A DNA stretch of 64,000 bases. It comes from Albugo candida (lineage: Eukaryota). The stretch spans positions 372,001 through 436,000 of the forward strand of contig JBDOQK010000013.1 of the NCBI GenBank assembly GCA_040437565.1, written 5' to 3'. The translations under genes were made by a program, and so were the position numbers. This document shows, one piece after another, positions 11,942-25,572 of this stretch (position 1 is its first letter; every line of letters starts with the position of its first letter). The notes beneath the pieces are model-generated. The model was not told the DNA's origin, did no database searches, and worked only from the letters and a program-made list of their open reading frames with translations.

Positions 11942-14900
11942 ATGGATTGGGATCCCACTGCACCAACTCGTGAAGGGTACATTTGCCCACACTGCCCGAT
12001 TTTCTATCCAACGGAGGAGGAGTTTGAAGATCCCATTCGGTACATTCAGAGGTAATTTATGCTTCGAAAATAGACCTGAGCTCCGCTGCACCATCCAATG
12101 AGTCGACAATTATCGCAGATAAACGATCTCGCAAGCAGCAAGGAGTATCAGGATGATAATTTGACTGTATAAAGTCTAACGGTCCGATCTCTTATCTGTA
12201 GCATTCAGCACATTGGTCGTTTAGCAGGAATATGTAAGATCGTTCCTCCCAAGAAATGGCGTCCGCCATTTGGTATTAACGAAAACACGTTCCGATTTCG
12301 TACTCGTGTTCAGCAGCTCAATTGTTTGGAAGGATCGACTCGTGTCGAAGGCAATTTTGTCGAATCACTCAGAATGTTTCTGTATCGCCGAGGAACTCCT
12401 ATGAAGACACTACCCAGAATTGATGGAAAGGCGGTTCCTCTTCATCGTCTGTACAAGTGTGTTCAAGAAAAAGGTGGGTATTATGAAGTTTGTAATTCGA
12501 ATTCATGGCCAAAAGTAGTGGCTGAAGTTGAGATGCATGAGAATTTAAAGCCTTATCTCGACTATCTCCAGCAGTATCAGGACTTATACAAGACAAACCT
12601 CCTTCCATACGAGCTTGATAAAGGCATTAACCAGACATCTGCATTTAGTTTGAGCGCAAAACCAGCCAAGCACATAGATCCAGCGGAAAGTTCCTCGTCG
12701 TATCACATCGGAGAAAAGAAGGTTTTTGAAGAGAGAGATAGAATTTTTGAGCAAGGCACTCAGATAGGAAATGAGAGTGCGCACACTAGCAGCGAAGAAG
12801 GTGATCTGGAAAAATCTGATGGAGAAACAGGCTCGATCAAGTCGGAATCTACGAGGAAGAAAAAGGTTTCACCACACGAGCATTTGCCAAGTCTGGAACC
12901 AGCTGGATTACTACCTGACGCTACACGGGAACGCTTTTTGGAGCCTCCGGTGATTCGACTTGGACAAAAGTTTTATCAGTATTTTTCTGATCAAGAGATC
13001 AAGAGGTCAAATGCTACTACTCAGTCAAGAAATGCTGATAGAAATGCACACTTATACCTCGCTGAAGTCAAAAGAGTGGTAGCAACTGGAAAGAAACCTT
13101 TCGGTATTGTAGAGTATGCAAACGATGGGAAACAGACAATCGATTATTCATCGTTGCAGATCCTCATCGCGAATGGCTGGAGCCTGTATGTTCTTTTCGG
13201 TTTTTATGATTAGACTGTATAGCTGATCGATTTTTTCCGCTTTGTTTTTGGTAGTGAAGCAGCAAAATTGGCTTACGAGAATCACATATGTCAGCGATGC
13301 TTGCGAAGTGATTGTAGAGGTCGAATGCTGGTTTGCAATGGATGCAACACTGAGTATCACTCTTTCTGTCTGAATCTTCACAGGAAGGTAGACGGTGACT
13401 GGTACTGTGATGTCTGTGTCGCCGAAACTATTGCCGATGAAAAGGATGAAAACAAGACGAAGATGAATTTTGGCTTCGACAAAGGACAGGAGTATACTGT
13501 TACTCAATATCGTGAGAAAGCAGATGCGTGGCAACGTGCGTACTTTGAAGAGCGAAATATCTCACAGCATGACTTGGACGATGCTTATCTGGAGCAAGAG
13601 TACTGGAAGATTTTGCGCTCGCCTGTTTACGAACAATGTATCGAAATTGAGTACGGAAGCGACGTTGACAGCGGAGTAAATGGAAGTGGGTTTCCACAAG
13701 TACAAATTTTATCGAAAAACGTTCGACTCGCAACAAAACGTCTTGATCAGCTTCGATTGCTGAAACGAAGTTATCCTGGTTCTTTTGTCTTCAATAAGGA
13801 CCAAAAAGACGACGACAAGATATCTTATCATACACAAGGTACCGACACAGGAAAAAGTGATGTAGATACTCTCTTTTTGCACGGTTTACCACATGATCTC
13901 CCAGATCGAAAGGCATCCGAGCAATTGCGAATTGATATTCAGCGATACGCAGAGGACGCGTGGAATCTCAACAATCTTCCAAAGCTGAAAGGATCCCTGT
14001 TAAGGCACGTCGATCAAGATATCAAGGGCGTGATGGTACCGTGGATATACATGGGGATGATGTTTTCGACGTTTTGCTGGCACATTGAAGATCATAACTT
14101 TTACAGCATGAGTTATCTCCATTGTGGAGCACCGAAAATCTGGTATGGTGTACCGTGCGATCAGGGTCAAAAGTTTGAGGCGATCATGAAGCAGCTAACA
14201 CCAGAATTATTTGGATCTCAGCCCGATTTACACATGCAACTCGTGACGATGTTTTCTCCCGACACACTTAAACAGCGAGGACTGTCTGTGTATAGAGCCA
14301 CTAACTGTGAAGGCGAATTCATGGTGACGTTCCCAGGAGGCTATCATGCTGGTTTCAATCAGGGATTCAATTGTTCAGAGGCAGTAAATTTCGCAACCAT
14401 AGATTGGCTACCGTGGGGAATGCAGTCTTTGGCGAAGTACCAAGTGTACAGAAAACTTCCAGTGTTCGCACACGAAGCACTACTCTGCTCACTGGCTGAG
14501 AATGCGTTAGCTGAACAGGACGAGATTGACTATGTTGGTGTCTTGAAATATCTCCTCCCGGCTTTGAAAGAGTTATATTCTCAATACATCTCTTTCGAAA
14601 AAGCAATACAAGCTGATAAGATATTCATGAGTGAAACAATGGATTTCTATGAACAAACCCAAGGCAATATATTAGCTCGCGTCGGAAACGATGATGGCGT
14701 TTTGATCAAAAAAAGTGAAGGTGTGTTTGAGGAGTTACGCTACGGCCTGAGGAAAAGATTCTCAGTCAAGTCGAATCTGGATTTTTCGGCTCATCGGGAC
14801 AAAAGAAAAAAGTCAAACAGTAGAATGTCGAGCCGTATGGTGTCAGAAACAGCGTCGGGACGGCCAATGCGAATGATGTCGTGGACAGGAGAATCTGAAA

Positions 14901-17503
14901 AGAGTCAAGGAGTCCGTTGCATCATTTGCAAGCAATATTGCTACCTTCAAGCTGTATTGTGTAGCCAATGTCGTCATGGAACGATAGGATGTATGGATCA
15001 TTATAGATCAATGTGCAGCTGCTCCACAAGTCACTATCTTCGACTTTTCCGATACTCTGGTGACCATTTGAGTGAGATCATTTATTCTCTCGAAAGGCGA
15101 GTTCAGAACATCACAGATTGGAATTCTCGCGCTAAGTGCGCCCTAGGGATCAAGATTGAACCGAGCAGGTTGGGGAAAAGCCACTCGGTAGATGCAATGC
15201 AACTCAGCGCAGAAACACTTGGGGATTTGTATAATGAAGGCAAACAACTACAAGGCGCTCCCAAGTCCATCCTGAAAAAAGTGCAGAAAACGTATTCTGA
15301 GATCGCGATATGGTCGGCCAAAGTACAAAATACTTTAAAGAAACAGCGAGATGAAGCACAAATTTCGGATGATGAGCTTGACAAAATGATAGCACACTTG
15401 TTGGAACTTCAAAGGCAGAGAAACGATTTACTTGCCGCTCCTGAAGATCTCTGCAGGCAATTGGATGCTCGGGTGGCAGATTTGTGCGAATTCAAACACG
15501 GTCTCGTAGATTTTGTAAAATCGGTCACACAATTACAGAATGAAGAAATGGAACCGTTCGATATTTACAACAAAAATGTGAACGCCCACCTTGCCAGCTC
15601 TACAGCTCAAATCAAAGCTCTCAACACAAGACGGAACCAACTCATCCAGCAAGCTCGCTCATTAGGATTATCCACGTCTGCTTTGATAGCTTTGACTCGA
15701 TCAAATGCATATGTGGAGATGATGCTCGAGGTACATGTGCTATTGGAAAGAATTGAGCTGACTGTTAGTCATCATGGTCTTTGGGACGAATCGGAAGAAC
15801 GAAAAGAGGCGAACCCTATCGATTGCATGCATCGGGTTGAACAAAATCGCTGTCAAAATGTTCTGGAACGGGTGAATACATACACAGAAAAGTATGGCCT
15901 GGATAAGGACTCACAAATGCCGAAGATTCACGCATTCGAAAAGTTGCTTACGACATCCGAGAATGTGGACGTAGAAGTGGAAGCAACACTGAACGATCAC
16001 ACAAAAAGTCTGGAGGAACTGGAGAGTTTGTGGGAGCGTTGCCAACGTTGCTTAATTTATCCAAGAAATGCAGACAACCTCAGCCATCGTGTTCAAAAGG
16101 TCAAACAATGGCATGCAGAGGCTCGCAAAATTCTTCAGTCAGCAGCGTTACCAGTTGCAAATCGATCTGATACCGGGGAACTTGAATCTCTGTATGATAG
16201 CGCCGATGCATGCTTTGTTCCTTGCTCTTCGTTGCTACGTCGTCAGCTTCACGGTCGTATCCAGGACTGCCGAAGATGGGAAGTAAATCTTTATGGTTTA
16301 TTTTCCAGAGGAAGTTGTAAGCAGACAAATTCTTTGGAAAAACATGAACGGAAAATCATGCTGAAATTTTTGGAAGGAGCAATCCACAAACTGAAGAATT
16401 TTGACGGTCGGAAGCTCTCTTCGCACTTTCGTACTTATTGTGTATGCGACCAAGTCTTGAGTAGCCAAACAAAGATGATTGCTTGCCGCATGTGCGGCTC
16501 GCTCTTCCATAGAGAATGCGTTGAAATCGACAGCCATTCTCGGGAAGCGATGGTTGGAGGCCTCTGGGCTTGTACGTCCTGTACCTCCACGTTACCTCCC
16601 AATGACTCACAATCGATTGGTCTTCAAGGTGCTCACACAGGAACCCATGGTGACGAAGCGATACCAGGTGCTTCGGACTCTATCGGAATGAGTGGGTCTG
16701 TAAATCGTTACTGTGTCTGCCGACAATCGCACGATCACGTACCCATGATTTGTTGTGACTTTTGTGACGAGTGGTATCATTTGCAATGTATTGGGATCAA
16801 GCTCAAGGAATCAGAAAACATGGAAGCTTATCGGTGTCATCGCTGTGGAATTCGTCAAAATATAATGCTCTTTGATGAAAAATATTTGAAGAAAAACGCT
16901 GTTGGCAGATTCCCTACTATTCAGCGCGTACAAGCATCACTCCACCGACTTGAACAAAGACTTGTAGCAGTGCCGGAAACTGGGAGAAAGCTGATCGAGT
17001 ACGTACATTTGGTCGAGCAAGTGCAAAGTCGTATGCGAGCAATTGAGAGCAGCTTCTGGTCAAATACGACACCAACACCGGACGTTCATGCAACAGAGAA
17101 TACAATTACAGAGTTGAGTCAAATATTTACTGCATTAGAAATTGACATAGCAGATATTCGGACGCGTTTTGACGCTATTCACTGGTATCTCCGGGCTATG
17201 CGATATACAGACCGCACAGTACAAGCAGTTCCAAAATACACACATTTGGTTGTATTGCTCGCTGATATGAAGCATCCACAATCGATTGAAAAGAACGAGT
17301 TACGTAAATTGGTTGATTCTATACGCGTACAAGTTGAGAAGGCAGAAGGATGGATTCAGAAAATTAGAATGGCGGAAATGGTAACAATCGATGTCGATCA
17401 TTTGGAGGAATTGAGCCGTGAAAGAGAAGCACTAAGTCTAGTGATGGAACTACCGGAAGCTCAGATTGAGCACCTGAATATCTTGCTAAAAACAATCTCA
17501 TGA
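11942..17503 (+). CDS. KDM5: KDM5/JARID1-family H3K4 histone demethylase (JmjN-ARID-PHD-JmjC-C5HC2-PLU1-PHD-PHD), 3 exons
   Basis: Exon 1 from ATG 11942 gives JmjN CPIFYPTEEEFEDPIRYI. Exon 2 gives GICKIVPP...FRTRVQQLN and ARID. Exon 3 gives PHD, JmjC with WHIEDH and YHAGFN Fe ligands, the C5HC2 finger and two further PHDs. Confidence 0.93.
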
Positions 17504-18944
17504 ACAATCAGGTAATCGTACGAAAGCAACGGACGGAACAATATGGTGAATGTGGGAATTCGGTATGCGTCGTCGTACTTATACGTCTTTCCGTTTGCAT
17601 AACTTCGTATACAATGAAGAGTACTTGTTCGCTGATAAAGATGTTGCCTTTGAGCTGTAAGATCGTGTACAACTTATCTGGTTAACTCGATGACTCGTTC
17701 GTTTGATCATCCCATCAGCAATGAGGTGATGATCTTCACAGTTTGCAGAAAGTTGTTTGACCCAAGTAAGATCCAAACTATATCGATGTGAACAACTTGT
17801 ATTTCCACTCATAGTTGACCCCGCGGGAAATGAAATGTCAAAAGCCAATCAGACTGCGAACGCGTAGCTACTTGATCTGTGCCAATAGACTGATCTTTAG
17901 TTGTTCATAGGCATCATTATATGATCGAGGAGAGGTTGCAGTACCAAGCCAAAGCCCTGTATACCAGGAGCAGCTCAATATGGCTACGTTTGTAAGCTCC
18001 CACCAGAAAACTTGATTCAGGTTTTCGCTTAAAAGCATTCAACCATGGAGAAGTTGGCATCATACGCGGAATCTACAAAGAGTCTCAGTCAAGGGTTTTC
18101 GGCCGTAGTACTTTTATTTAGACACCGATTGTCACTACAGTTTAGTGGTTATCTACTATATTGCAAAGAGTTCCTTGAACCGTTCTTGCGGTTTTTTCTC
18201 ATCTCCTTGGAAGACGATATTATAATCCTGAAGTCAGTGCTACAATAAGGACAGGGGTTGATCGTCTGTGATGGTCACTTAATTTGGAATGGCCCTATCG
18301 ACTGTAGGAAACCTATATCTATTGCGCCAACCCGCAAAGCTTCAAACTCGCAACACACCAAGACGCCTGGACCGTAACGCCACAACCCTCGAAAGTGCGC
18401 TCTTGATGTATGCGTCGACCTGATTCACGTTCAGGAGCTTCTGGCCACCAGCATCTTTAACGTCGAAAAAGTGGGCAGGTTGTCCCACTAGATTCCAAGC
18501 TTGAGATTATTGCAATCAAGGGGATTTGTTGCAGAGGACTTGGTTATATATTGTTGATGCTGTGTTTGGCGGATATTCTGATACGTATGGTCTCGAATGC
18601 ATCATTCGCAAAAGAACAAACGGGTTATTCGTTCAAAATCGGCTTGATCGCCTTACGATAGACAAGTTCTTTTGAATATTATGGAATCCATTTCTCCCAC
18701 GAATACCCGTTTTCAAATGAGGATAGTAACCTCACCAATACCAACCGTTGGCACTATGAATCAACAATGAGCCGAGCACGCAGCTTCAAATTTAGCAACA
18801 TGTGAGGCAGCAGAGCACGAAAACGTTCAGTTAAGCTGTCGAATGTTGATCCAGTGTTTCTGATCAAAGCTGCCAAAGCGGTGCAAAAGCGGCAACGCTT
18901 ATTTTGATTGTAATAAGATATCTAGATTTCACTGCTATACAGCG

Positions 18945-19688
18945 ACACAGGAAGCAGCACAGAGACATGACATGTGGCCTTGAGAAGCATGTTTTATTGG
19001 AGTCAGCAAAAAACACGGGGATGTGAGATCCAAATAAAATTACTCTCCTATAATAAAATTTTCTTGCGGGTACCATTTATCTGAGAAAAAGTAGGCTGGT
19101 TAAAACCATTAAAGAATGTGCTATGAGTGCTGTCACACATTCAAGTGAGATCATAGACATGAGAACGAGAGTGACGCTTCGAGAGTCATACGTAAAAAGA
19201 ATATCTAATGGAGATCTGCTATTACACATGATTGCTTCCAATGTCGCAGCGTTGACGGCATCAGCTNNNNNNNNNNNNNNNNNNNNNNNNNNNNNNNNNN
19301 NNNNNNNNNNNNNNNNNNNNNNNNNNNNNNNNNNNNNNNNNNNNNNNNNNNNNNNNNNNNNNNNNNACACAGGAAGCAGCACAGAGACATGACATGTGGC
19401 CTTGAGAAGCATGTTTTATTGGAGTCAGCAAAAAACACGGGGATGTGAGATCCAAATAAAATTACTCTCCTATAATAAAATTTTCTTGCGGGTACCATTT
19501 ATCTGAGAAAAAGTAGGCTGGTTAAAACCATTAAAGAATGTGCTATGAGTGCTGTCACACATTCAAGTGAGATCATAGACATGAGAACGAGAGTGACGCT
19601 TCGAGAGTCATACGTAAAAAGAATATCTAATGGAGATCTGCTATTACACATGATTGCTTCCAATGTCGCAGCGTTGACGGCATCAGCT
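18945..19688. repeat. Gap-flanking duplication (18945-19266 = 19367-19688)
   Basis: Same sequence on both sides of the 100-N gap. Confidence 0.9.
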
Positions 19689-22290
19689 AGAGACTTCATC
19701 AGCGGTCGGCAAAGGTCAAGAAATGCATATAGGAGAATATAGAAATTCTAGCAATATCGCACTCGAGTTGTAATAAAATTATGCGTTGCTATTCATTGTC
19801 GCTGAGAATGACGTACTAAATCATTGTTTGCAAAGTAGTGTATTCGTCAATCAATCGATCTACCTATCTGATACATCACCTTCGGTGTTTAGATGTAAGG
19901 CCAACAGTCAAGTGAGCTCGCTTCAAGCCCGAATACTGAGCCAAAATCCCATTTGGTTGAGACAAATTCAGGCGTGGAAAACGAAATCGGCCTATTACAT
20001 AGATATAGAAGCGACTGAAGATTAACAAACTCGTACAAAATTGGTCTTCATACGTCGCTGCCGTAATGAACATTACCGATTGAGTAGGATCGCATCGACA
20101 CGACAACATTTTGTACGATTTCTTACCTGCCTGCTTCTACTTTTATTATCCGGGTTCGATTCTCATTTCTCGTATGGTATTTTCTCATAAATCCATGTCG
20201 TGAAAATATCATTCCTGCGCTTGGTCGGCTAATTTTACCAGGCATGGATGAATGTGTCCGACCAGCGAAGTTTTCTTTTCCTACCTCAGAAGAAGAATCT
20301 AATACTACATCAGGCTATAATTATTCACATACAAACGACTTGTTCAGATCCGATGAGCATTTGGATCGAGGTACAAAATTAGAGCAGCGTGAAGCCAAAA
20401 GAGCATATTTTTACACCTTTTTCAGAAAAAGATTAAGATGCTGCTTCGAGCTGCTTACTCCGATTCCAGAGCAATACCGGCATTCGTCAGAGGATGGAAA
20501 AATCGGTTAAACGCATTTCATAAATGAGAAGTCGTCCAAAATGAGCTGGAAAAGGCATTGCCTCCAAAGATAAAAAGTCGACGTAAGCACACGAACTATC
20601 GAAGCTAATTTTGCAGCACGGATTTTGGATCGCTGCGTGATAACTCTATGGAGCTCGTGATCGATATCTTATGCAACACTTCATCTACGAAATTGCTCCA
20701 TCCGGATTCAAAGTTATACAAAAATTGTATGCTTAGGTACCACGTTGGGTCCATGGACGCAGTCAGACGACACGTTCTGTTCGGCAACTCTATTCCGTCG
20801 ACGCTTCTTTTAGGCCTCCAACTTCGCTATTGACTGTGTGCAAACGACGTTCCTACGGCGTCTACATCAGCGTCATTGACCGCTGGACGATCAGACCGAT
20901 CTAGCTCGATATTGGTCGAGACATCATTTGCAAATAGGGTCAAGTTTGGCCTCAGCAAGTCAACATTCTGGAAACGCACCATTTGCTGGAATGCCACACC
21001 AGAGAATACGACCTTAACGAAGTAAAATGCATGCACACAAGAGGCAGAATTTCAAACATTTTTGAATGCTTTACGATTCACTGGCAATTATTTTGGATAT
21101 TTGAAAGCACTTTAGCCCTGCGGTGAAATGGTCCCGCTTCCATTGCTTTTCTATAGCACACTATGCCACTCGCTCTTCGCTATGCTCTTTGCAGTGATGG
21201 TGATTCATTTCTCGGCCGTTAAGAGCAAATACTTTTCCCAGTGCGCGAAGAATTAAACTATATTCGTCTTGAGCTGCAGCAAATCAAAAATATTGATAGG
21301 CACATACCGACTAAGATTTTCTCTGTCTTGAAGGATATTTTGGCTGAATTGCACAGATGGCATTGCTATAGTTGAATCACGTCTGTCTTGAAAAGCTGAT
21401 AACACGCAAACGTGATCTCGCATTCGTGTGTAGTCTCATTACCACGAACTTGATCTGAGGTGGATGTACATCAGCGACATATACCAATTCTATTCTCTGA
21501 CAGCAAGCCATTCTTAACGATAAATGCTGATCATATAAGGCGCGTACACACTGTTTCGGTACGAATAAGATAATGTTTTATGCTCCTTGCAAACTATAAA
21601 TCGTATGTTCGGCTGAACTAATAGCACTTCCATACCATATGTATCTCAATTTGGGAGATGCACCGTTGCACGGATACTGAATGTGTGATACTCTGACCAA
21701 TGACCCTCTTCGATGAAAATACGCAACATAGATCCCGTCGAAGGCTATACCTTGAGCACTTTCCAGTTGTCACAAATGCAATGTCGTCTTATCATTTAAA
21801 ATCAGCCTTCGTGATTTTATACAGTAACGTAAAGAGTGCTTACTGCCCTTAACTCTGAGCGCAAGTCAGGACCATCTTACAGAGAAGAACGCGAAGGGTA
21901 TTAAGTATCGATGGTGCTCAGACGTTTTCTATAGGTCTTTAAGGAAACCAACTGCACGTTGCTGCCCCAAGGTATCTTCTACCTGCATAAACCGGGCATA
22001 GCAATTTATATCCGGATGATATGGATGTATAATGTCATGATCGAGCGAGGTACGAGGACCATTTACCGTATGATATCGCTGGAAGTCCGATTCAGCACAA
22101 AGTAATAATATCAGTTTTTATATAGAACCAATATCTAAAACCACGGCTTGGCCATAAATAGTTTTTTCAGATGCTATACAAAGAAAAAGTAGCATGTTGC
22201 ATCGCATGAGCGTAGCATCTTTGGCGATATTACACCTGTGCCCTTACAGCGCGCACATGCATCTTCAGTTTTAATTTGGCCGTAATTGCG

Positions 22291-22776
22291 ATGCATAGAC
22301 ACAGAGGTGTGTTAGTAAAAAAAGCTTTTGCACCGGATAGCACCGTTTATTCACGGTCGAGTCATCATCACGAGGATATCAACTCTGTCAAGAATTTGCA
22401 GAGTTCTCGCACTTTCACTACCTCGTCTTATCCAAGTCCAGAATCTAGAATCTCGTTCACCGGATTCTTTCGTAAACATTTGAGAGCATCTCATAAGAAA
22501 AAGACAAAGGAGAATGCAAAAAAACGATCTTCCAGTTCAGCATTACGAGCTATATCTATAGAAGACCTTAAGAAGCAAAGTAATCGAGCGCTACGGAAGC
22601 AGCGTTGTCAGGAACGCTACAGAACCGATATTAGTTACCACTCTTTTGCTACCAGTGACTTGAGGAACGAAAAAAAAAAGCTCAAGCTAGCAAATGTGTA
22701 CCAAGACGCTACGATAGAAAGAACGATTTATCGGGGAGCAATAAAAACACATGCTGGATCTCATTTGATGCCGTGA
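22291..22776 (+). CDS. Hypothetical basic Ser/Lys/Arg-rich protein
   Basis: ATG at 22291, ~161 codons, no recognised domain. Confidence 0.45.
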   Translation: MHRHRGVLVKKAFAPDSTVYSRSSHHHEDINSVKNLQSSRTFTTSSYPSPESRISFTGFFRKHLRASHKKKTKENAKKRSSSSALRAISIEDLKKQSNRALRKQRCQERYRTDISYHSFATSDLRNEKKKLKLANVYQDATIERTIYRGAIKTHAGSHLMP

Positions 22777-23617
22777 TTGGCGCTCACCAGGCTTACCAAT
22801 ATTAGTGATAGCAGATTGTTTCGATGCTTGTGTGGAAGGCTGTGGTCTCTGCCAGCCAATACCAATCAAAACAAAAAGATTATTCTTCGGCAAGTTGGTT
22901 TCATCGATGGAATTGAGAACTGATGAATGTGTATGATGCGGGTTTTGTAGCGATTATTGTGTCCCGTTTCTTATCTTTTATACTGTTCGATAATCAGAAC
23001 TTTTTTTTTGGATAAATCACTCGCACAGTTTCGCTGTATGAGAAAACTTCGTTTCACAAAAAAATAATCTCGCCCATAAAATTTTTGTAAGAATTCTGAC
23101 ATATCATAGATATCCAGATTATGTAGAATATAGCCACTGCAGAGAAACAGAGCCGGCGAAGCATATGCGTACAACTGCCTCGTTTGCATATCGCATGGGC
23201 TTTTTATGATGCGTTTCACGAATATTTCTGATCGCGAAATAAAATCAAATTATGACGAGGTTTTTCGTGCTCATTGAGGCGTGTGCTATACATATCCTTG
23301 CTGACAAATGGTTGAAGTATGCTTAGTAGCTTGTTCTATTACCTTTACCATCCTTAACGCCGAAATTTCCTCAGGAGTTTGCAGCCAAACATCATGTAAA
23401 AAGTCATCAGCTACAATATCTGAAACACTGACTCAAGTATAATACGCAGTAGGTAAATATGGAGTGTTGTATCTTCTGTCAAGCAAAATTGGGAATCACT
23501 CCAGTACTTGAATTTGATGCAGAAGCGTTTTTCACGGAAAAGCATCCCGAACAAAAATTAAAATTTTAGCGGTATCCACAGATATATTCTGATTGCGCAC
23601 CTTTGTCAATACTAAAA

Positions 23618-23971
23618 ATGGGACTCTGCGAAAAAGTATGCTCTCTGTTCACATATGTCAGCTCTTCGATACGACAATCGCTGAAAAATCAGTCGGACAA
23701 TTCGGAATCTGAGAAACCTCAGTGCTCAACAGATATTTCATCGATAGCATCTTCAGTAAATGATGTTGATGATGATAATGATGTGATGTTCGATTCTGAA
23801 GACGTAACATTTCCTGAGTATCGCTTATATTCAGAGGTGCTAACATCAAATCCGTTCATGACTCCTTGTGTGTTTGATACGAGGGAGCGACAAGCGCGCA
23901 GTGAAGCCCATCGATCGACATTGTGTCATTCCATGCCAGTATTCTTCTACTCCATGACGCGCGGATTATGA
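23618..23971 (+). CDS. Hypothetical small acidic/Ser-rich protein
   Basis: ATG at 23618 (MGLCEKVC...), protein-like composition, convergent with RPN9. Confidence 0.45.
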   Translation: MGLCEKVCSLFTYVSSSIRQSLKNQSDNSESEKPQCSTDISSIASSVNDVDDDNDVMFDSEDVTFPEYRLYSEVLTSNPFMTPCVFDTRERQARSEAHRSTLCHSMPVFFYSMTRGL

Positions 23972-24117
23972 CTCGGATACTAGCGATGGAAATTTGGAAT
24001 TTCCAAGAATCAATAGTCGGATGTTCAAGACACCAGAATTTTAATGTATGCAATGCAAAGATCAAAAAATTCGTCAACAGTTATTTGGTGAAGCAAAGAA
24101 TTCAATCAGATGCGTTC

Positions 24118-25572
24118 CTACTGGAAAAGCTCCGGTGTTTGCTCTTCGACATACAAAAGCGTTGAGTATACCTTCTTCTCCCATTCCTCCATATGACAAG
24201 ATAGAGCGCTTAATTGAGCAGTATCCAACACACGTGGTTGCACCCAAGTAACACGAAAAAGTGTATCAACTTGATCAATCGATCCCTTGATTAGGCCACA
24301 CGACAGCGAGCGCATAATCAGCCACTCTACTTGCTCCAATCCCAAACGAGTAACATTAGCAATTTCAACGAAGGATACATTTCGATCATGAGAGGCTCGC
24401 TCGAATATGAGTCGCATCAGTGCCAACAATGCCAATTTCTCCTTAATGTAATCAGATTTGCTGACAAAAGCAGGCTAAACATGTATGGCATGAATATCAC
24501 AATATAGTTCATAAGGAAACGATGTACAAAATGTTATTTCACCTGTGCAAAATATTCTTCTGAATGTTGTGAGACGATTTCATTATATTTGTCGATATCC
24601 CCACGATTGAAAACACGCAACAAATCTGACAGCCATTGCTTTGGTGTCCCATCCAATGCTTTCAAGATTGGTGTTGCCAGCTGAGGTAGTCAGGGGAGCA
24701 TGTTAGTCAGGAATGAATGCCATTGAGGAAGAAATTACTCACAACTTCACCAAAATTAAAGACGCCAGTGCCTGTGATTGCAGCGATGCTCAAATTCTGT
24801 GCCATCTCAAACTTTTCCTTTTCCGAGATTACTTCTTCGTCAGTGTACGCCAAAAACATCAGTGCATTTTTGTAAAACTTTTCGGCCGGACCAACAATTC
24901 CAAAATAGTCACAAGCGATTCGATAATAGGAAGCATGAACGACCGGCTCGGCTCCAACTAATCCTTCAACAACAGACTGATTCTTTTCAAGGAAGACCTT
25001 AACATCTTCATGAAAAGCGGATCCACGTTGGAGTTTTAGACGAGATATTTCCATCTGGCAAAGTAAGCTAGCCTACATCTTATGCTCAAAAATATCGTTT
25101 CTTCCGAGTATGGACAGGTCAAAGTACCTTGGATGCTTTTTCATCCAATTGCGATAGTAAATTCTCCAAGAATAATTGCGATTGCGAAGGTTCTACAAAA
25201 ATGATCCATCATTGATGCCTTCACATTTATATGGTGGCTTAAACTCGAACACCTTGAAATTGAGAGCTGATTTCAGTACATATGATCACCAATTTAATAG
25301 CATTAATCTTTTGTTGGAACAATTTAATAAATTCCCGATAAAGACGTGGAAGATTTGGCTCGGGATCCGTTTTTCGACATTCGGGATCGCGAACAAATTG
25401 TAGCAGTTCTTCGGTCAATTCATGATACAGTCTATGTAGAATCGTCAGAATTTCAAGGATTATAGTTTCGAAGCGTATATTACTTTGATATGAACAGTTC
25501 TTGCAGCTTTTGATATCTTGAGAGGAGTTGTGGATAAATCTTTTGCTCCTGTGCCAAAAACTCCATTTTCAT
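24118..25572 (-). CDS. RPN9: 26S proteasome lid subunit RPN9/PSMD13, multi-exon
   Basis: N-terminal KLYHELT, middle FYKNALMFLAY and GVFNFGE, PCI end VEWLIMRSLSCGLIKGSIDQVD...VTWVQPRVLD. Start at 25572 or 25566. Confidence 0.93.
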
